Assembly (NCBI RefSeq): GCF_029504745.1
Contig: NZ_JAQFIQ010000008.1
Coordinates: 30,001 to 62,000 of the forward strand
Length of the DNA: 32,000 bases
Source: Breznakia sp. PF5-3
GTDB taxonomy: Bacteria > Bacillota_I > Bacilli_A > Erysipelotrichales > Erysipelotrichaceae
Reading direction: 5' to 3'
In this document: in pieces, positions 16,288 through 26,143 of the stretch
Layout: the number at the start of each line of letters is the position of its first letter
Position numbering within the stretch: the stretch's first letter is position 1
The notes under the pieces: model-generated
Told to the model about the DNA's origin: nothing
The model's database searches: none
The model's input: only the letters and a program-made list of their open reading frames with translations
Translations under genes and position numbers: made by a program

Positions 16288-18765
16288 ATGGATGATATTA
16301 ATAAAGTAATTCAGTTAGACATTGCCAGTGATATGCGAGATAGTTTTCTTGATTACTCAATGTCAGTTATTGTATCTCGGGCATTGCCAGATGCAAGAGA
16401 TGGAATGAAACCAGTTCATCGTCGTATCTTACATGGTATGAATGAACAAGGAATGTATAGTGATAAACCATATAAAAAATCAGCTAGAATTGTTGGGGAT
16501 GTAATGGGGAAATATCACCCTCATGGTGATTCTTCTATTTATGAAGCAATGGTTCGTATGGCACAAGATTTTTCTTATCGTTATCCTTTGGTTCAAGGTC
16601 ATGGTAACTTTGGTTCAATGGATGGAGATGGTGCAGCAGCAATGCGTTATACAGAAGCACGTATGTCAAAAATATCGATGGAGTTAATCCGTGATATTAA
16701 TAAAGACACAGTTGATTTTGTAGATAACTATGATGGTGAAGAAAAAGAACCATCAGTATTGCCAGCAAAATTTCCAAATTTAATTGTAAATGGTTCTATG
16801 GGTATTGCTGTTGGGATGGCAACTAATATTCCACCTCATAATCTTAATGAAACCATTGATGCAGCTTTAGCTGTTATTAAAAATCCTGAGATAACAGTGA
16901 TGGAACTTATGGAAAATCATATTTTTGGTCCAGACTTTCCAACAGGTGGTGTTATTTTAGGAAGAAGTGGAATTAAAAGTGCTTTTGAAACAGGTAAAGG
17001 TTCTATTATTACTCGTGCAAAAGTAAATATTGAAGAAAAAGATAATGGAAAATCATGGTTAATATTTAATGAAATTCCTTATCAGGTAAATAAATCAACA
17101 TTAGTTAAAAAAATAGCAGATTTAGTTCGTGAAAAAATGATTGAAGGAATTACTGATTTACGTGATGAATCCAATCGTGATGGAGTTCGTATTGTAATTG
17201 AACTTAGAAAAGATGTACAAGCAGAAGTAGTTCTAAATCAATTATATAGATTAACTCCATTACAATCTTCTTTTGGTGTTAATTTCTTAGCATTGGTAGA
17301 TGGAGCTCCAAAACAATTAAGTATTAAAGAAGCTCTTGAAGTATATATAAAACATCAAATTGAAGTAATTGAAAGAAGAACTAGATTTGATTTGAAAAAA
17401 GCAGAGGATCGTGCTCATATTTTAGAAGGGTTACGTATTGCTTTAGATCATATTGATGAAATTATTACCTTAATTCGTAATTCAAAAGATGATGAAGAGG
17501 CAAGAAATGGATTGATGAGTAAGTTTGAATTGTCTGAAATTCAAGCAAAGGCAATCTTAGAAATGCAATTACGTCGTTTGACAGGATTACAAAGAGAAAA
17601 AATTGAAGCAGAATATAATGAATTAATCGAATTGATTAAGGATTTAAAAGATATTCTTGCAAATCATGAACGTGTACTTGAAATTATTTGTAATGAATTA
17701 GAAGAAATAAAAGAAAAGTATGGGGATGAGCGTCGTACAGAAATTAGTGATCAAGGTATTGATATTGAAGATGAAGATTTGATTCCAGTAGAAGATGTCG
17801 TTATTTCAATGACTGCTACAGGATACATCAAACGCTTACCTACAGATACATACCGTACACAAAATAGAGGTGGACGTGGTGTAAAAGGAATGACAATGAA
17901 TGAAGATGATATTGTAGATATTTTAATTACAATGTCGACCCATGATTATTTATTGTTATTTACAAATAAAGGAAAAGTATATCGAATGAAAGGATATAAG
18001 ATTCCAGCAGGTTCAAGAACATCAAAAGGATTGCCAGTTGTTAATTTATTGAATTTGGCAAGTGATGAAAAGATTTGTGCATTGGTTCCAGAAGTGAATC
18101 GTGAAGAAACAAAATATTTATTCTTTGTTACACGTAATGGAATTGTTAAGCGTGTAAATGTTACAGAATTTGAATCTATTCGTCAAAATGGTAAGATTGC
18201 AATTACTTTAAAAGATGAAGATGAACTTGTAACCGTAAAAGGAACAAGTGGTGAGTGTGAAGTTATCATCGCTGGTTCAAATGGAAAAGCGGTTCGATTT
18301 AATGAAAATAATGTTCGTCCAATGGGAAGAACAGCAAGTGGTGTAAAAGGATTTAATATTGATGGATCATATGTTGTTGGTGCTGCTACAAATAATGAAG
18401 GAAAATATTTACTTTCAGTTAGTGAAAATGGATATGGAAAACGTAGTGAAATTGTAGATTATCGCTTAACATCACGTGGAACCAAAGGTGTTAAAACAAT
18501 CAATATTACAGAAAAGACAGGTAATTTAGTTGCTGTTCGTTCCGTAAATGGTGATGAAGATGCAATGATTATTACGAACGAAGGTATCATTATTCGTATC
18601 TCTTTAGAAAATGTTGGCGTATATGGAAGAAATACCCAAGGAGTTAAATTAATTAATGTAGCTGAAAATGAAGCGGTCGCTAGAATTGCGATTGTAAAAG
18701 CTGAAGATGAAGAAAATGAAGAAGCTTCAGAATCTAATGAGGAAGTAGTTGACAGTGAAAATTAA
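16288..18765 (+). CDS. gyrA: DNA gyrase subunit A
   Basis: 825 aa. Contains GKYHPHGD and the active-site region [10 protein letters not shown], a C-terminal beta-pinwheel repeat region and an acidic tail. Confidence 0.97.
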   Translation: MDDINKVIQLDIASDMRDSFLDYSMSVIVSRALPDARDGMKPVHRRILHGMNEQGMYSDKPYKKSARIVGDVMGKYHPHGDSSIYEAMVRMAQDFSYRYPLVQGHGNFGSMDGDGAAAMRYTEARMSKISMELIRDINKDTVDFVDNYDGEEKEPSVLPAKFPNLIVNGSMGIAVGMATNIPPHNLNETIDAALAVIKNPEITVMELMENHIFGPDFPTGGVILGRSGIKSAFETGKGSIITRAKVNIEEKDNGKSWLIFNEIPYQVNKSTLVKKIADLVREKMIEGITDLRDESNRDGVRIVIELRKDVQAEVVLNQLYRLTPLQSSFGVNFLALVDGAPKQLSIKEALEVYIKHQIEVIERRTRFDLKKAEDRAHILEGLRIALDHIDEIITLIRNSKDDEEARNGLMSKFELSEIQAKAILEMQLRRLTGLQREKIEAEYNELIELIKDLKDILANHERVLEIICNELEEIKEKYGDERRTEISDQGIDIEDEDLIPVEDVVISMTATGYIKRLPTDTYRTQNRGGRGVKGMTMNEDDIVDILITMSTHDYLLLFTNKGKVYRMKGYKIPAGSRTSKGLPVVNLLNLASDEKICALVPEVNREETKYLFFVTRNGIVKRVNVTEFESIRQNGKIAITLKDEDELVTVKGTSGECEVIIAGSNGKAVRFNENNVRPMGRTASGVKGFNIDGSYVVGAATNNEGKYLLSVSENGYGKRSEIVDYRLTSRGTKGVKTINITEKTGNLVAVRSVNGDEDAMIITNEGIIIRISLENVGVYGRNTQGVKLINVAENEAVARIAIVKAEDEENEEASESNEEVVDSEN

Positions 18766-18794
18766 TTATTGTATAAAATAGATAAAGCAATGAT

Positions 18795-19000
18795 AAGGAA
18801 AAGTAATTAATATTTTATTTATAGAGAGTTGATGTTTGGTGTAAATCAATAAGAAATATTAATGAAATCAGCCTAGGAGTGAATTGAAGAATAAAGTATT
18901 CAATTACGGTAGTAACGTTATAGCTTAGAGAAACGAAAGTTTGAAGAAGGGTGGCAACACGTAAGAATACGTCCCTTTATGCCACCTTTCTTTTGTTTTT
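18795..19000 (+). promoter_or_regulatory. T-box leader riboswitch controlling serS
   Basis: Stem I has AGAGAG (18824-18829) and a GGTGTAA distal loop. The helix 18806-18815/18854-18863 is flanked by AGTA and GAA (S-turn). The specifier loop reads GAAATCAG. An F-box-like CGTTA lies at 18916-18920. The T-box sequence AAGGGTGGCAACACG spans 18947-18961, with bulge UGGC. A competing hairpin (AAGGGTGGC 18947-18955 with GCCACCTTT 18981-18989) is followed by a T-run that reaches 19000. Confidence 0.85.
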
Positions 19001-19011
19001 AAGGAGGAAAT

Positions 19012-20301
19012 ATGATAGATATAAAATTTTTAAGAGAAAACCCAGAGGCAGTAAAAGAAAATATTAAAAAGAAATTTCAAGATCAAAAGTTACCTTTGGT
19101 AGATGAAGTAATTACTTATGATAAAGAAAGTAGAGCAGCACAAACAAGGGCTGATGAACTTCGCTCTAAGCGAAATAAAATTAGTAAAGAAATAGGTGCA
19201 CTGATGTCGCAAGGGAAAAAAGAAGAGGCTATGAAGTGTAAAGAAGAAGTACAGTCTATGGCTACAGAGTTAGAAAGTCTTGAAGCAAAAGAAGAACAAT
19301 TACAAGAAAAAGTAAAAGAAATCATGATGGTAATACCAAACATGATTGATGATAGTGTTCCTATTGGTAAGGATGATAGTGAAAATGTAGAACTAGAAAA
19401 ATTTGGGGATCCTATTGTACCAGACTTTGAAATTCCTTATCATACAGAAATCATGGAGAACTTTGATGGGATTGATTTAGATAGTGCTAGAAAAGTAGCT
19501 GGAAATGGTTTTTATTATTTAATGGGCGATATTGCAAGAATTCATTCGGCAGTTATTACTTATGCCAGAGATTTTATGATTGATCGAGGTTTTACCTATT
19601 GTGTTCCTCCATTCATGATTCGTAGCAATGTTGTTACTGGAGTTATGAGTTTTGCGGAAATGGAAAGCATGATGTATAAAATAGAAGGAGAGGATTTATA
19701 TTTAATTGGTACAAGTGAACACTCAATGATTGGTAAGTTTATCGATACTATTGTTGATGAAAAAACATTACCACAAACTTATACAAGTTATTCTCCTTGT
19801 TTTAGAAAAGAAAAGGGAGCTCATGGAATTGAAGAACGTGGAGTGTATCGTATTCATCAATTTGAAAAACAAGAGATGATTGTTGTATGTGCACCTGAAG
19901 AAAGTGCAATGTGGTTTGAAAAACTATATATGAACACGGTTGACTTGTTTAGAACCCTTGATATTCCTGTTCGTGCATTAGAATGTTGTTCTGGTGACTT
20001 AGCAGATTTAAAAAATAAAAGTGTGGATGTAGAAGCATGGAGCCCACGGCAAAAGAAATATTTTGAAGTTGGAAGTTGTTCAAACTTAACTGATGCTCAA
20101 GCGAGAAGATTAAAAATACGAGTAAATGGAGAAAAAGGAAAATACTATGCTCATACATTAAATAATACAGTTGTAGCTCCTCCAAGAATGTTGATTGCCT
20201 TTTTAGAAAATAATTTAAATAAAGATGGATCTATTGACATACCAGAAGCACTTCAACCATATATGGGTGGTAAAAAACGTTTAGAACCAAAAAATAAATA
20301 A
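19012..20301 (+). CDS. serS: Seryl-tRNA synthetase
   Basis: 429 aa. N-terminal coiled-coil arm (MIDIKFLRENPEAVKENI...) followed by a class II catalytic core. AAGGAGGA SD. Confidence 0.95.
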   Translation: MIDIKFLRENPEAVKENIKKKFQDQKLPLVDEVITYDKESRAAQTRADELRSKRNKISKEIGALMSQGKKEEAMKCKEEVQSMATELESLEAKEEQLQEKVKEIMMVIPNMIDDSVPIGKDDSENVELEKFGDPIVPDFEIPYHTEIMENFDGIDLDSARKVAGNGFYYLMGDIARIHSAVITYARDFMIDRGFTYCVPPFMIRSNVVTGVMSFAEMESMMYKIEGEDLYLIGTSEHSMIGKFIDTIVDEKTLPQTYTSYSPCFRKEKGAHGIEERGVYRIHQFEKQEMIVVCAPEESAMWFEKLYMNTVDLFRTLDIPVRALECCSGDLADLKNKSVDVEAWSPRQKKYFEVGSCSNLTDAQARRLKIRVNGEKGKYYAHTLNNTVVAPPRMLIAFLENNLNKDGSIDIPEALQPYMGGKKRLEPKNK

Positions 20302-20315
20302 TAGAATACATAATG

Positions 20316-20350
20316 ATACGCTTTATAGTTTACTATGAAGCGTATTTTTA
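20316..20350 (+). terminator. Intrinsic terminator after serS
   Basis: ATACGCTT (20316-20323) pairs with AAGCGTAT (20338-20345), followed by TTTTT. Confidence 0.75.
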
Positions 20351-20431
20351 ATTTTATACTATAGTCTCTTACTACAATGAACCTTATCTATAAATAATTC
20401 ATCTAGTTATATATGATACAAAGGAGGCAAT

Positions 20432-20677
20432 ATGAATAACAATAGTTCAAAGAGTGGATGTATATTTGAAATTATTTTTGGTTTTATTTGGGGAGCAATG
20501 GGATTGCTAATGTGGCTTGTTGTAGATATGTCTACTGTTTCAAGTGTTCAAATACCAAGATTTATGACTTTCTTCTATGATATTTTTGGTTTTGAGATAG
20601 GTGTTATTATTCAAACAATTATTGGTATATTACTAATTGTACATGGAATCTATAGATTAATAAAAAGAAGAAAATAA
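20432..20677 (+). CDS. Hypothetical small membrane protein (81 aa, two predicted TM helices)
   Basis: A strong AAAGGAGG SD lies 5 nt upstream of the ATG. It has two hydrophobic segments and a basic C-terminus (RLIKRRK). I recognise no family. Confidence 0.55.
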   Translation: MNNNSSKSGCIFEIIFGFIWGAMGLLMWLVVDMSTVSSVQIPRFMTFFYDIFGFEIGVIIQTIIGILLIVHGIYRLIKRRK

Positions 20678-20706
20678 AAATGTTTCACGTGGAACATATT
20701 TGCATC

Positions 20707-20734
20707 TTGAAGAAATAATCTGATGTGGTATAAT
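20707..20734 (+). promoter_or_regulatory. Promoter of the SRP RNA gene
   Basis: TTGAAG (20707-20712), 16-nt spacer, TATAAT (20729-20734), with an extended-10 TG at 20726-20727. Confidence 0.6.
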
Positions 20735-20740
20735 AACAAT

Positions 20741-21332
<592 letters not shown>

Positions 21333-21389
21333 TAGTGAAGGATATGTAAATTTGGTATAATAGAATTTAAGAAAGAAGGTAAAAAACAT

Positions 21390-23321
21390 ATGGCATATAA
21401 AGCACTTTATAGAACCTATCGTCCAGAAGGTTTTGAAGATATGGCTGGACAAAAACATATTATCAAAACATTGGAAAATGCAGTAAACAATAATAAGATA
21501 GCACACGCCTATTTATTTTGTGGGCCAAGAGGAACAGGAAAAACATCAACTGCAAAAATCTTTGCGAAAGCAGTAAACTGTCAAGGCGAGGTAAAACCTT
21601 GTGGGATGTGTGAAAGTTGTAAAAGTGTAAATGAAGGAATACATCCAGATATTATTGAAATTGATGCAGCGAGTAATAATGGTGTTGAAGAAGTGCGTAA
21701 TCTAATCGATAAAGTAAAATATGCTCCTATTAAAGGAAAATATAAAGTTTATATTATTGATGAGGTTCATATGATGTCACAAGGAGCGTATAATGCTCTA
21801 TTGAAAACAATTGAAGAACCACCAGCACATGTCATTTTTATTTTCGCAACAACAGAGCCATATAAAGTATTACCAACTATAATTTCAAGATGTCAGCGAT
21901 TTGATTTTGCGAAAATTAGTCCAAAAGAAATTATCAAGCGTTTATCCTTTGTTTGTGATAAAGAAGGAATCAAATACGAAAATGGAGTATTAGAGATAAT
22001 TGCTGAGTTAGCTGATGGAGGAATGCGGGATGCATTGAGTATTCTAGATCAATGTTATGCATATGCTCCTGAGAACATTAAACAAAAAGATGTATTTGAT
22101 ATTTATGGAATTCTTACAACACAGGAAAAAATAGAGATATTTGAATATATTAAAAAGAAAAACACTGCAGAATTAATGAATAAGATAAATCAATTGGATC
22201 AACGAGGCGTAGATATCAAACGATTAACAAGTGATTTAGTAGAACTGCTAAAAGAAAAAATAATTTATGATTATACAAAAGACGAAACAATGCTTGTTTC
22301 TCTTACAAAAGAAACAGTAGCAACACTAAGTGCAGGTTTGGATGCAAAAGAGAGCTTAGAAATGATTGATGTTCTAATGGATAGTTATGAAAAGTATCGC
22401 AATGCATCTAATATAATTTCTTATTTGGAAATAGCGCTACTAAAAATGATGGGAATTGTTTCACGTGAAACATTTGAAGAAACACCAATATTAAGAGTAG
22501 AGAAAGAAGATAGAGAAGTCATTGATGCTCCAAAACCAATTTTTGAAGAAAAAGAAGTGGTTGAACCAGTAGTTGCTGATGAACCTATTGAAATAGAGGA
22601 AGAAATATCAGAAAGTGAAGAAATACAAAGCGAAGAAGTAAAACCAGTGGAAGAGCAGGAACCTTCACAGGTAGAGGAAGTAAGCAGTGAAAATGCTTTG
22701 TTTGAACAATCTGAAACAGAACCCGAAGAAGATAATTCATATATTCTTGGAGAAACAGATATTGAACAAACTGATAAAGACTATGAAGAAGAAATAATTG
22801 AAACGATTGATCAGGTTGCTGAAGAATACGTAGAGGATAAACCAAGGGAATTTAAAACTTTAGATGATTCTTATATTCTTCAATTATTAGTGAGTGCTAA
22901 TAAGAAAGAAAAAGAAGAAGATAAAGAACAGATGAAAGGTATTTATGATTATAGACTTGATTTAGATTATGCAAAATATGCGAATTTGTTAGGATCAAAT
23001 GAAATTATTGCAAGTGGAGAAGGCTTCTTAATCATGTGTACCAATTCGCAAGCGTTGGCAAATGAAATCAATGAATTAGATAAACAGGGAGAATTTATTT
23101 CTTTTATAAATCTATTAATAAAGAAAAAGAAAAAAGTATTTGCTATTACGAATGTTCAATATGAAAGAGTTGTTGATGAATTTAGAAATAAACAAAGAAT
23201 CAATGCGTTACCTGAACCTATCATCGTACAGGTTAACGATATAGAAGAAGAAAGAGATGAAACAATGGAATCATTAAATATTTTATTTGGTAAGAATATT
23301 GATATTAAGGAGGATGAATAA
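21390..23321 (+). CDS. dnaX: DNA polymerase III subunits gamma/tau
   Basis: 643 aa. Walker A motif GPRGTGKTS, zinc module CGMCESCKS, SRC motif (ISRCQRF), then a long acidic linker and a tau C-terminal domain. Preceded by a TGGTATAAT -10 element at about 21353-21361. Confidence 0.95.
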   Translation: MAYKALYRTYRPEGFEDMAGQKHIIKTLENAVNNNKIAHAYLFCGPRGTGKTSTAKIFAKAVNCQGEVKPCGMCESCKSVNEGIHPDIIEIDAASNNGVEEVRNLIDKVKYAPIKGKYKVYIIDEVHMMSQGAYNALLKTIEEPPAHVIFIFATTEPYKVLPTIISRCQRFDFAKISPKEIIKRLSFVCDKEGIKYENGVLEIIAELADGGMRDALSILDQCYAYAPENIKQKDVFDIYGILTTQEKIEIFEYIKKKNTAELMNKINQLDQRGVDIKRLTSDLVELLKEKIIYDYTKDETMLVSLTKETVATLSAGLDAKESLEMIDVLMDSYEKYRNASNIISYLEIALLKMMGIVSRETFEETPILRVEKEDREVIDAPKPIFEEKEVVEPVVADEPIEIEEEISESEEIQSEEVKPVEEQEPSQVEEVSSENALFEQSETEPEEDNSYILGETDIEQTDKDYEEEIIETIDQVAEEYVEDKPREFKTLDDSYILQLLVSANKKEKEEDKEQMKGIYDYRLDLDYAKYANLLGSNEIIASGEGFLIMCTNSQALANEINELDKQGEFISFINLLIKKKKKVFAITNVQYERVVDEFRNKQRINALPEPIIVQVNDIEEERDETMESLNILFGKNIDIKEDE

Positions 23322-23629
23322 TGGATTTAAATGCATTAATGAAACAAGCACAGAAGATGCAAGATGATTTACAGGAAACCGAAAAAGAATTAAAAGAAAA
23401 AAAATATACGGAAAGTGTTGGTGGAGGTGTTGTGGAAGTAACACTCAATGGTCACTTTCAATTAGAAAACGTTTCTATAAGTGATGAATTATTAGAAAAA
23501 GATAATAAAGGTGTTGTAGAAGATTTGGTTCAATTAGCTATAAATAAAGTGTTAGAACAAGCAACCAAAGATAAAGATGAAAGGATGGCAGCATTGACTT
23601 CTGGTATCAATATGCCAGGAATGTTTTGA
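23321..23629 (+). CDS. ybaB: Nucleoid-associated protein YbaB/EbfC
   Basis: 102 aa. N-terminal LMKQAQKMQDDLQ and the typical size. Canonical dnaX-ybaB-recR order. The ATG overlaps the dnaX TAA by 1 nt. Confidence 0.9.
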   Translation: MDLNALMKQAQKMQDDLQETEKELKEKKYTESVGGGVVEVTLNGHFQLENVSISDELLEKDNKGVVEDLVQLAINKVLEQATKDKDERMAALTSGINMPGMF

Positions 23630-24222
23630 TGTATCCAAAGAAGTTTGAAAATTTAATTGATTGTTTGCGTAAACTTCCTGGGGTAGGATTAAAAAGTGCA
23701 GAACGTTATGCCTTTGATATGTTGGATTATTCTGATGAAGATATAGAAGCCTTCATTGAAAGTTTACAAGGATTAAAAGATTCTATTCATCGTTGTGAAA
23801 GATGTGGTAATCTTGCTGAAGATACACTTTGTGATATTTGTAAAGATGAGAGTAGAAATCAAAAAGTAATCTTTGTAGTGCAAAACCCTAAAGATGTGGT
23901 TGCAATGGAAAAGACAAATGAATATCATGGGTTATATCATGTATTAAATGGAGTAATCTCAACTTCGAAGGGAGTCATGCCAGAAGATATTAATCTAGCA
24001 TCACTATTGGAGCGATTAAATGATCAAGTAGAAGAAGTAATAATCGCTACAAATCCAACAGTAGAAGGGGAAACAACAGCATTATATATATCAAAGTTAT
24101 TAGAGAATAAAAATATTACTGTGACGAGAATTGCGCATGGCTTACCTATGGGAGGTCATTTAGATTATGCAGATGAGTTGACCTTAATTAAAGCATTAGA
24201 AGGCCGTAATAAAATGAAATAG
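23629..24222 (+). CDS. recR: Recombination protein RecR
   Basis: Helix-hairpin-helix (LPGVGLKSAERYAF), C4 zinc finger (CERCGNLAEDTLCDIC) and a Toprim domain. The ATG at 23629 overlaps the ybaB TGA (TGATG). Confidence 0.95.
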   Translation: MYPKKFENLIDCLRKLPGVGLKSAERYAFDMLDYSDEDIEAFIESLQGLKDSIHRCERCGNLAEDTLCDICKDESRNQKVIFVVQNPKDVVAMEKTNEYHGLYHVLNGVISTSKGVMPEDINLASLLERLNDQVEEVIIATNPTVEGETTALYISKLLENKNITVTRIAHGLPMGGHLDYADELTLIKALEGRNKMK

Positions 24223-24234
24223 GAAATGAATAAA

Positions 24235-24268
24235 GTACACCTTGTGTTATGCAAGGTGTATTTTGTTT
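24235..24268 (+). terminator. Intrinsic terminator after recR
   Basis: GTACACCTTG (24235-24244) pairs with CAAGGTGTA (24252-24260), followed by TTTTGTTT. Confidence 0.8.
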
Positions 24269-24576
24269 ATGACTAAAACACAATATCTATCAAAACTTTA
24301 AAGAAACAAAAATATCAATTCACGGCCATTAAATAAGCCTTTAGATTTACATTGTGGTGTTAATATGAGAATGATATAATTGAATATGAAGTATAAATAA
24401 ACGGATTGTAAATTGAGGTGTCAGAATATAGAAAATGTGATTAAAAGGTGCAAAGAAAAAATTAGGCTTTCCAATGCGGAAATCAAAAGAAAAGGAAAAA
24501 GCAGGTATATAATGAATGATAATTGTATTTTTACAGTAAATGCGTATAGTTATACCATGATTACTGCTCATAAAAA

Positions 24577-25047
24577 ATGATGAATTATTCTATAAAGGAA
24601 TTAAACGCATTTTCAGTTATCGGACAGGAAATAGAAGTTACTAAGCATCAAAAAAAGAATATTCAAATTAGTACACAGTTTTGGAGAAAGTTTAATAGTA
24701 ATTTAAAAAAATCACATCTTTCACAATCGGGGAATTGGGTAAAATATGCTTTTATGGAAAGAAGAAACGGGAAACTTTATTATTTTTGTTCTATTCCAAA
24801 GAAGACAATTACTCCAGAGGGCTTTCTGTATAAAGAAATACCTTCTTATAAATATTTAGTTGCACAACATATTGGTGCCATGGATAAAATATATGAAACT
24901 TATAGAAAGATATATCAAGAAATTATTCCTAGTACACCATATACGCCTATAAAAGATGTTATCCTACACTTTGAAAAATATGATCACCGTTTTCATTGGA
25001 AAAGAGATAATTCAGTTATTGAGATTTGGATACCTATTCAAGATTAA
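24577..25047 (+). CDS. GyrI-like (AraC effector-binding / SbmC-like) small-molecule-binding domain protein
   Basis: 156 aa stand-alone domain. The pattern IKELNAFSVIGQE...W..F...YEIYE-type is reminiscent of the GyrI-like fold. There is no SD before the ATG. Confidence 0.55.
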   Translation: MMNYSIKELNAFSVIGQEIEVTKHQKKNIQISTQFWRKFNSNLKKSHLSQSGNWVKYAFMERRNGKLYYFCSIPKKTITPEGFLYKEIPSYKYLVAQHIGAMDKIYETYRKIYQEIIPSTPYTPIKDVILHFEKYDHRFHWKRDNSVIEIWIPIQD

Positions 25048-25072
25048 ATTCAATTCTATATCTATATACATA

Positions 25073-25106
25073 AAGCAGTTAGATCTAGGACTAACTGCTT
25101 TTATTT
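25073..25106 (+). terminator. Intrinsic terminator after the GyrI-like gene
   Basis: AAGCAGTTAG (25073-25082) pairs with CTAACTGCTT (25091-25100), followed by TTATTT. Confidence 0.7.
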
Positions 25107-25110
25107 GCAT

Positions 25111-25144
25111 TAATAAAAACCTCTAAAGCTTTCACTTTAAAGGT
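25111..25144 (-). terminator. Intrinsic terminator after the patatin gene
   Basis: On the minus strand, ACCTTTAAAG pairs with CTTTAGAGGT (one mismatch), followed by TTTTATT. Confidence 0.6.
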
Positions 25145-25151
25145 ATACAAG

Positions 25152-25997
25152 TTATTTTAAAAAACTTAGTAAATCATCATAACTATCTTTCGCATCTTGA
25201 TAGCCTTGTTCATATAAAGAGCGTAATTTTTGTTTGTTTTTTTCTAATTGTGATATTTTCACTTCACTCTGTGGTTGAATAACAAATACTTTCTTTTGTC
25301 TTTTCATCAACTCAATATAGTTAAGTGTATTGTTGTAATTGAGATGTCGTTCTTCAACCGCCTTTACAAAGTTTGGATACTTTTTAAATTGTTTACGAAT
25401 CAATGGCATTAAACGGTTTTTTCCTTTGCGATATGCAGGATCACGAGTAAGAATTAATACATGCTTCTCATAACCTAAACTTTCAGCATAACGAAGTGGT
25501 ATAGAATCAGCAATTCCACCATCCAATAATTTTCTACCATCGACTTCAACAATTGGAGCTAATAGGGGTATAGAAATACTAGCCTTTAAGTAATCGATAT
25601 CTGTATACATATTAACTATATTGCGGTATACAGGCAATCCTGTTTCAACATCACTGGAAACTGCAATTAGTTGAGCTTTATTGTTGTGATATGCTTCATA
25701 GTCAAATAAATTTAGTTTGTTAGGAATATCATCAAACATAAAGTCCATCCCAAAAGCACTTTTTGTCTTAATCAAATTTCGAAAACTTAAATAATCACTT
25801 CCATCAAGATAGTCGGTATTTATCTGAAAGTTCCTTCCTATTTGCTTTGATAAATAATTACAGCCATGACAAGAACCTGCACTTACACCAATGACGGTTT
25901 CGAATTCAATTTGCTTTTCTAAAAGAAAATCAAGAACACCTGCAGTATAAACGCCACGCATACCTCCACCTTCTAAAAGTAAAGAAGATTTATACAT
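25152..25997 (-). CDS. Patatin-like phospholipase family protein
   Basis: Oxyanion motif GGGMRG, nucleophile elbow GVSAGS and catalytic Asp motif LLDGGIADS. The start was moved to the ATG at 25997 (MYKSS), 4 nt after GAGGTGAT. Confidence 0.88.
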   Translation of the reverse strand: MYKSSLLLEGGGMRGVYTAGVLDFLLEKQIEFETVIGVSAGSCHGCNYLSKQIGRNFQINTDYLDGSDYLSFRNLIKTKSAFGMDFMFDDIPNKLNLFDYEAYHNNKAQLIAVSSDVETGLPVYRNIVNMYTDIDYLKASISIPLLAPIVEVDGRKLLDGGIADSIPLRYAESLGYEKHVLILTRDPAYRKGKNRLMPLIRKQFKKYPNFVKAVEERHLNYNNTLNYIELMKRQKKVFVIQPQSEVKISQLEKNKQKLRSLYEQGYQDAKDSYDDLLSFLK

Positions 25998-26143
25998 AAA
26001 TATCACCTCTATATAGTTTCAAATGATAACAAAAAAATCTGAAATTAACAAGTATATATTAATGAAATGAAAAAAGATTTGCTAGTTAAAACGTAGACTT
26101 GTTTTAAAGAAGTTGATATAATTTAGTAAAGGAAGTGAAAGAT

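Noticed and set aside
18922-18924. AGC (Ser) triplet downstream of the F-box-like CGTTA as the T-box specifier codon.
   Set aside because: It lies outside Stem I. The S-turn elements AGTA and GAA and the helix geometry place the specifier loop at 18864-18871 instead.
23119-23137. A-rich run (AAAGAAAAAGAAAAAAGTA) in dnaX as a possible programmed frameshift site like E. coli dnaX A-AAA-AAG.
   Set aside because: It lies about 60 codons from the C-terminus, far downstream of where a gamma product would be made. It has no downstream stem-loop or upstream SD-like stimulator, and frameshifting in dnaX is not an established feature of low-GC Gram-positives.
24347-24571. 74-aa minus-strand ORF in the recR / GyrI-like spacer.
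   Set aside because: It has no SD upstream of its ATG, a repetitive Ile/Phe-rich product and no recognisable domain. The spacer is reported as an open question instead.
24577-25047. GyrI-like protein as a gyrase inhibitor functionally linked to the nearby gyrBA.
   Set aside because: It lies about 6 kb and six or more transcription units away from gyrA. The GyrI-like fold is a generic small-molecule-binding domain, and nothing in the sequence indicates SbmC-type function.
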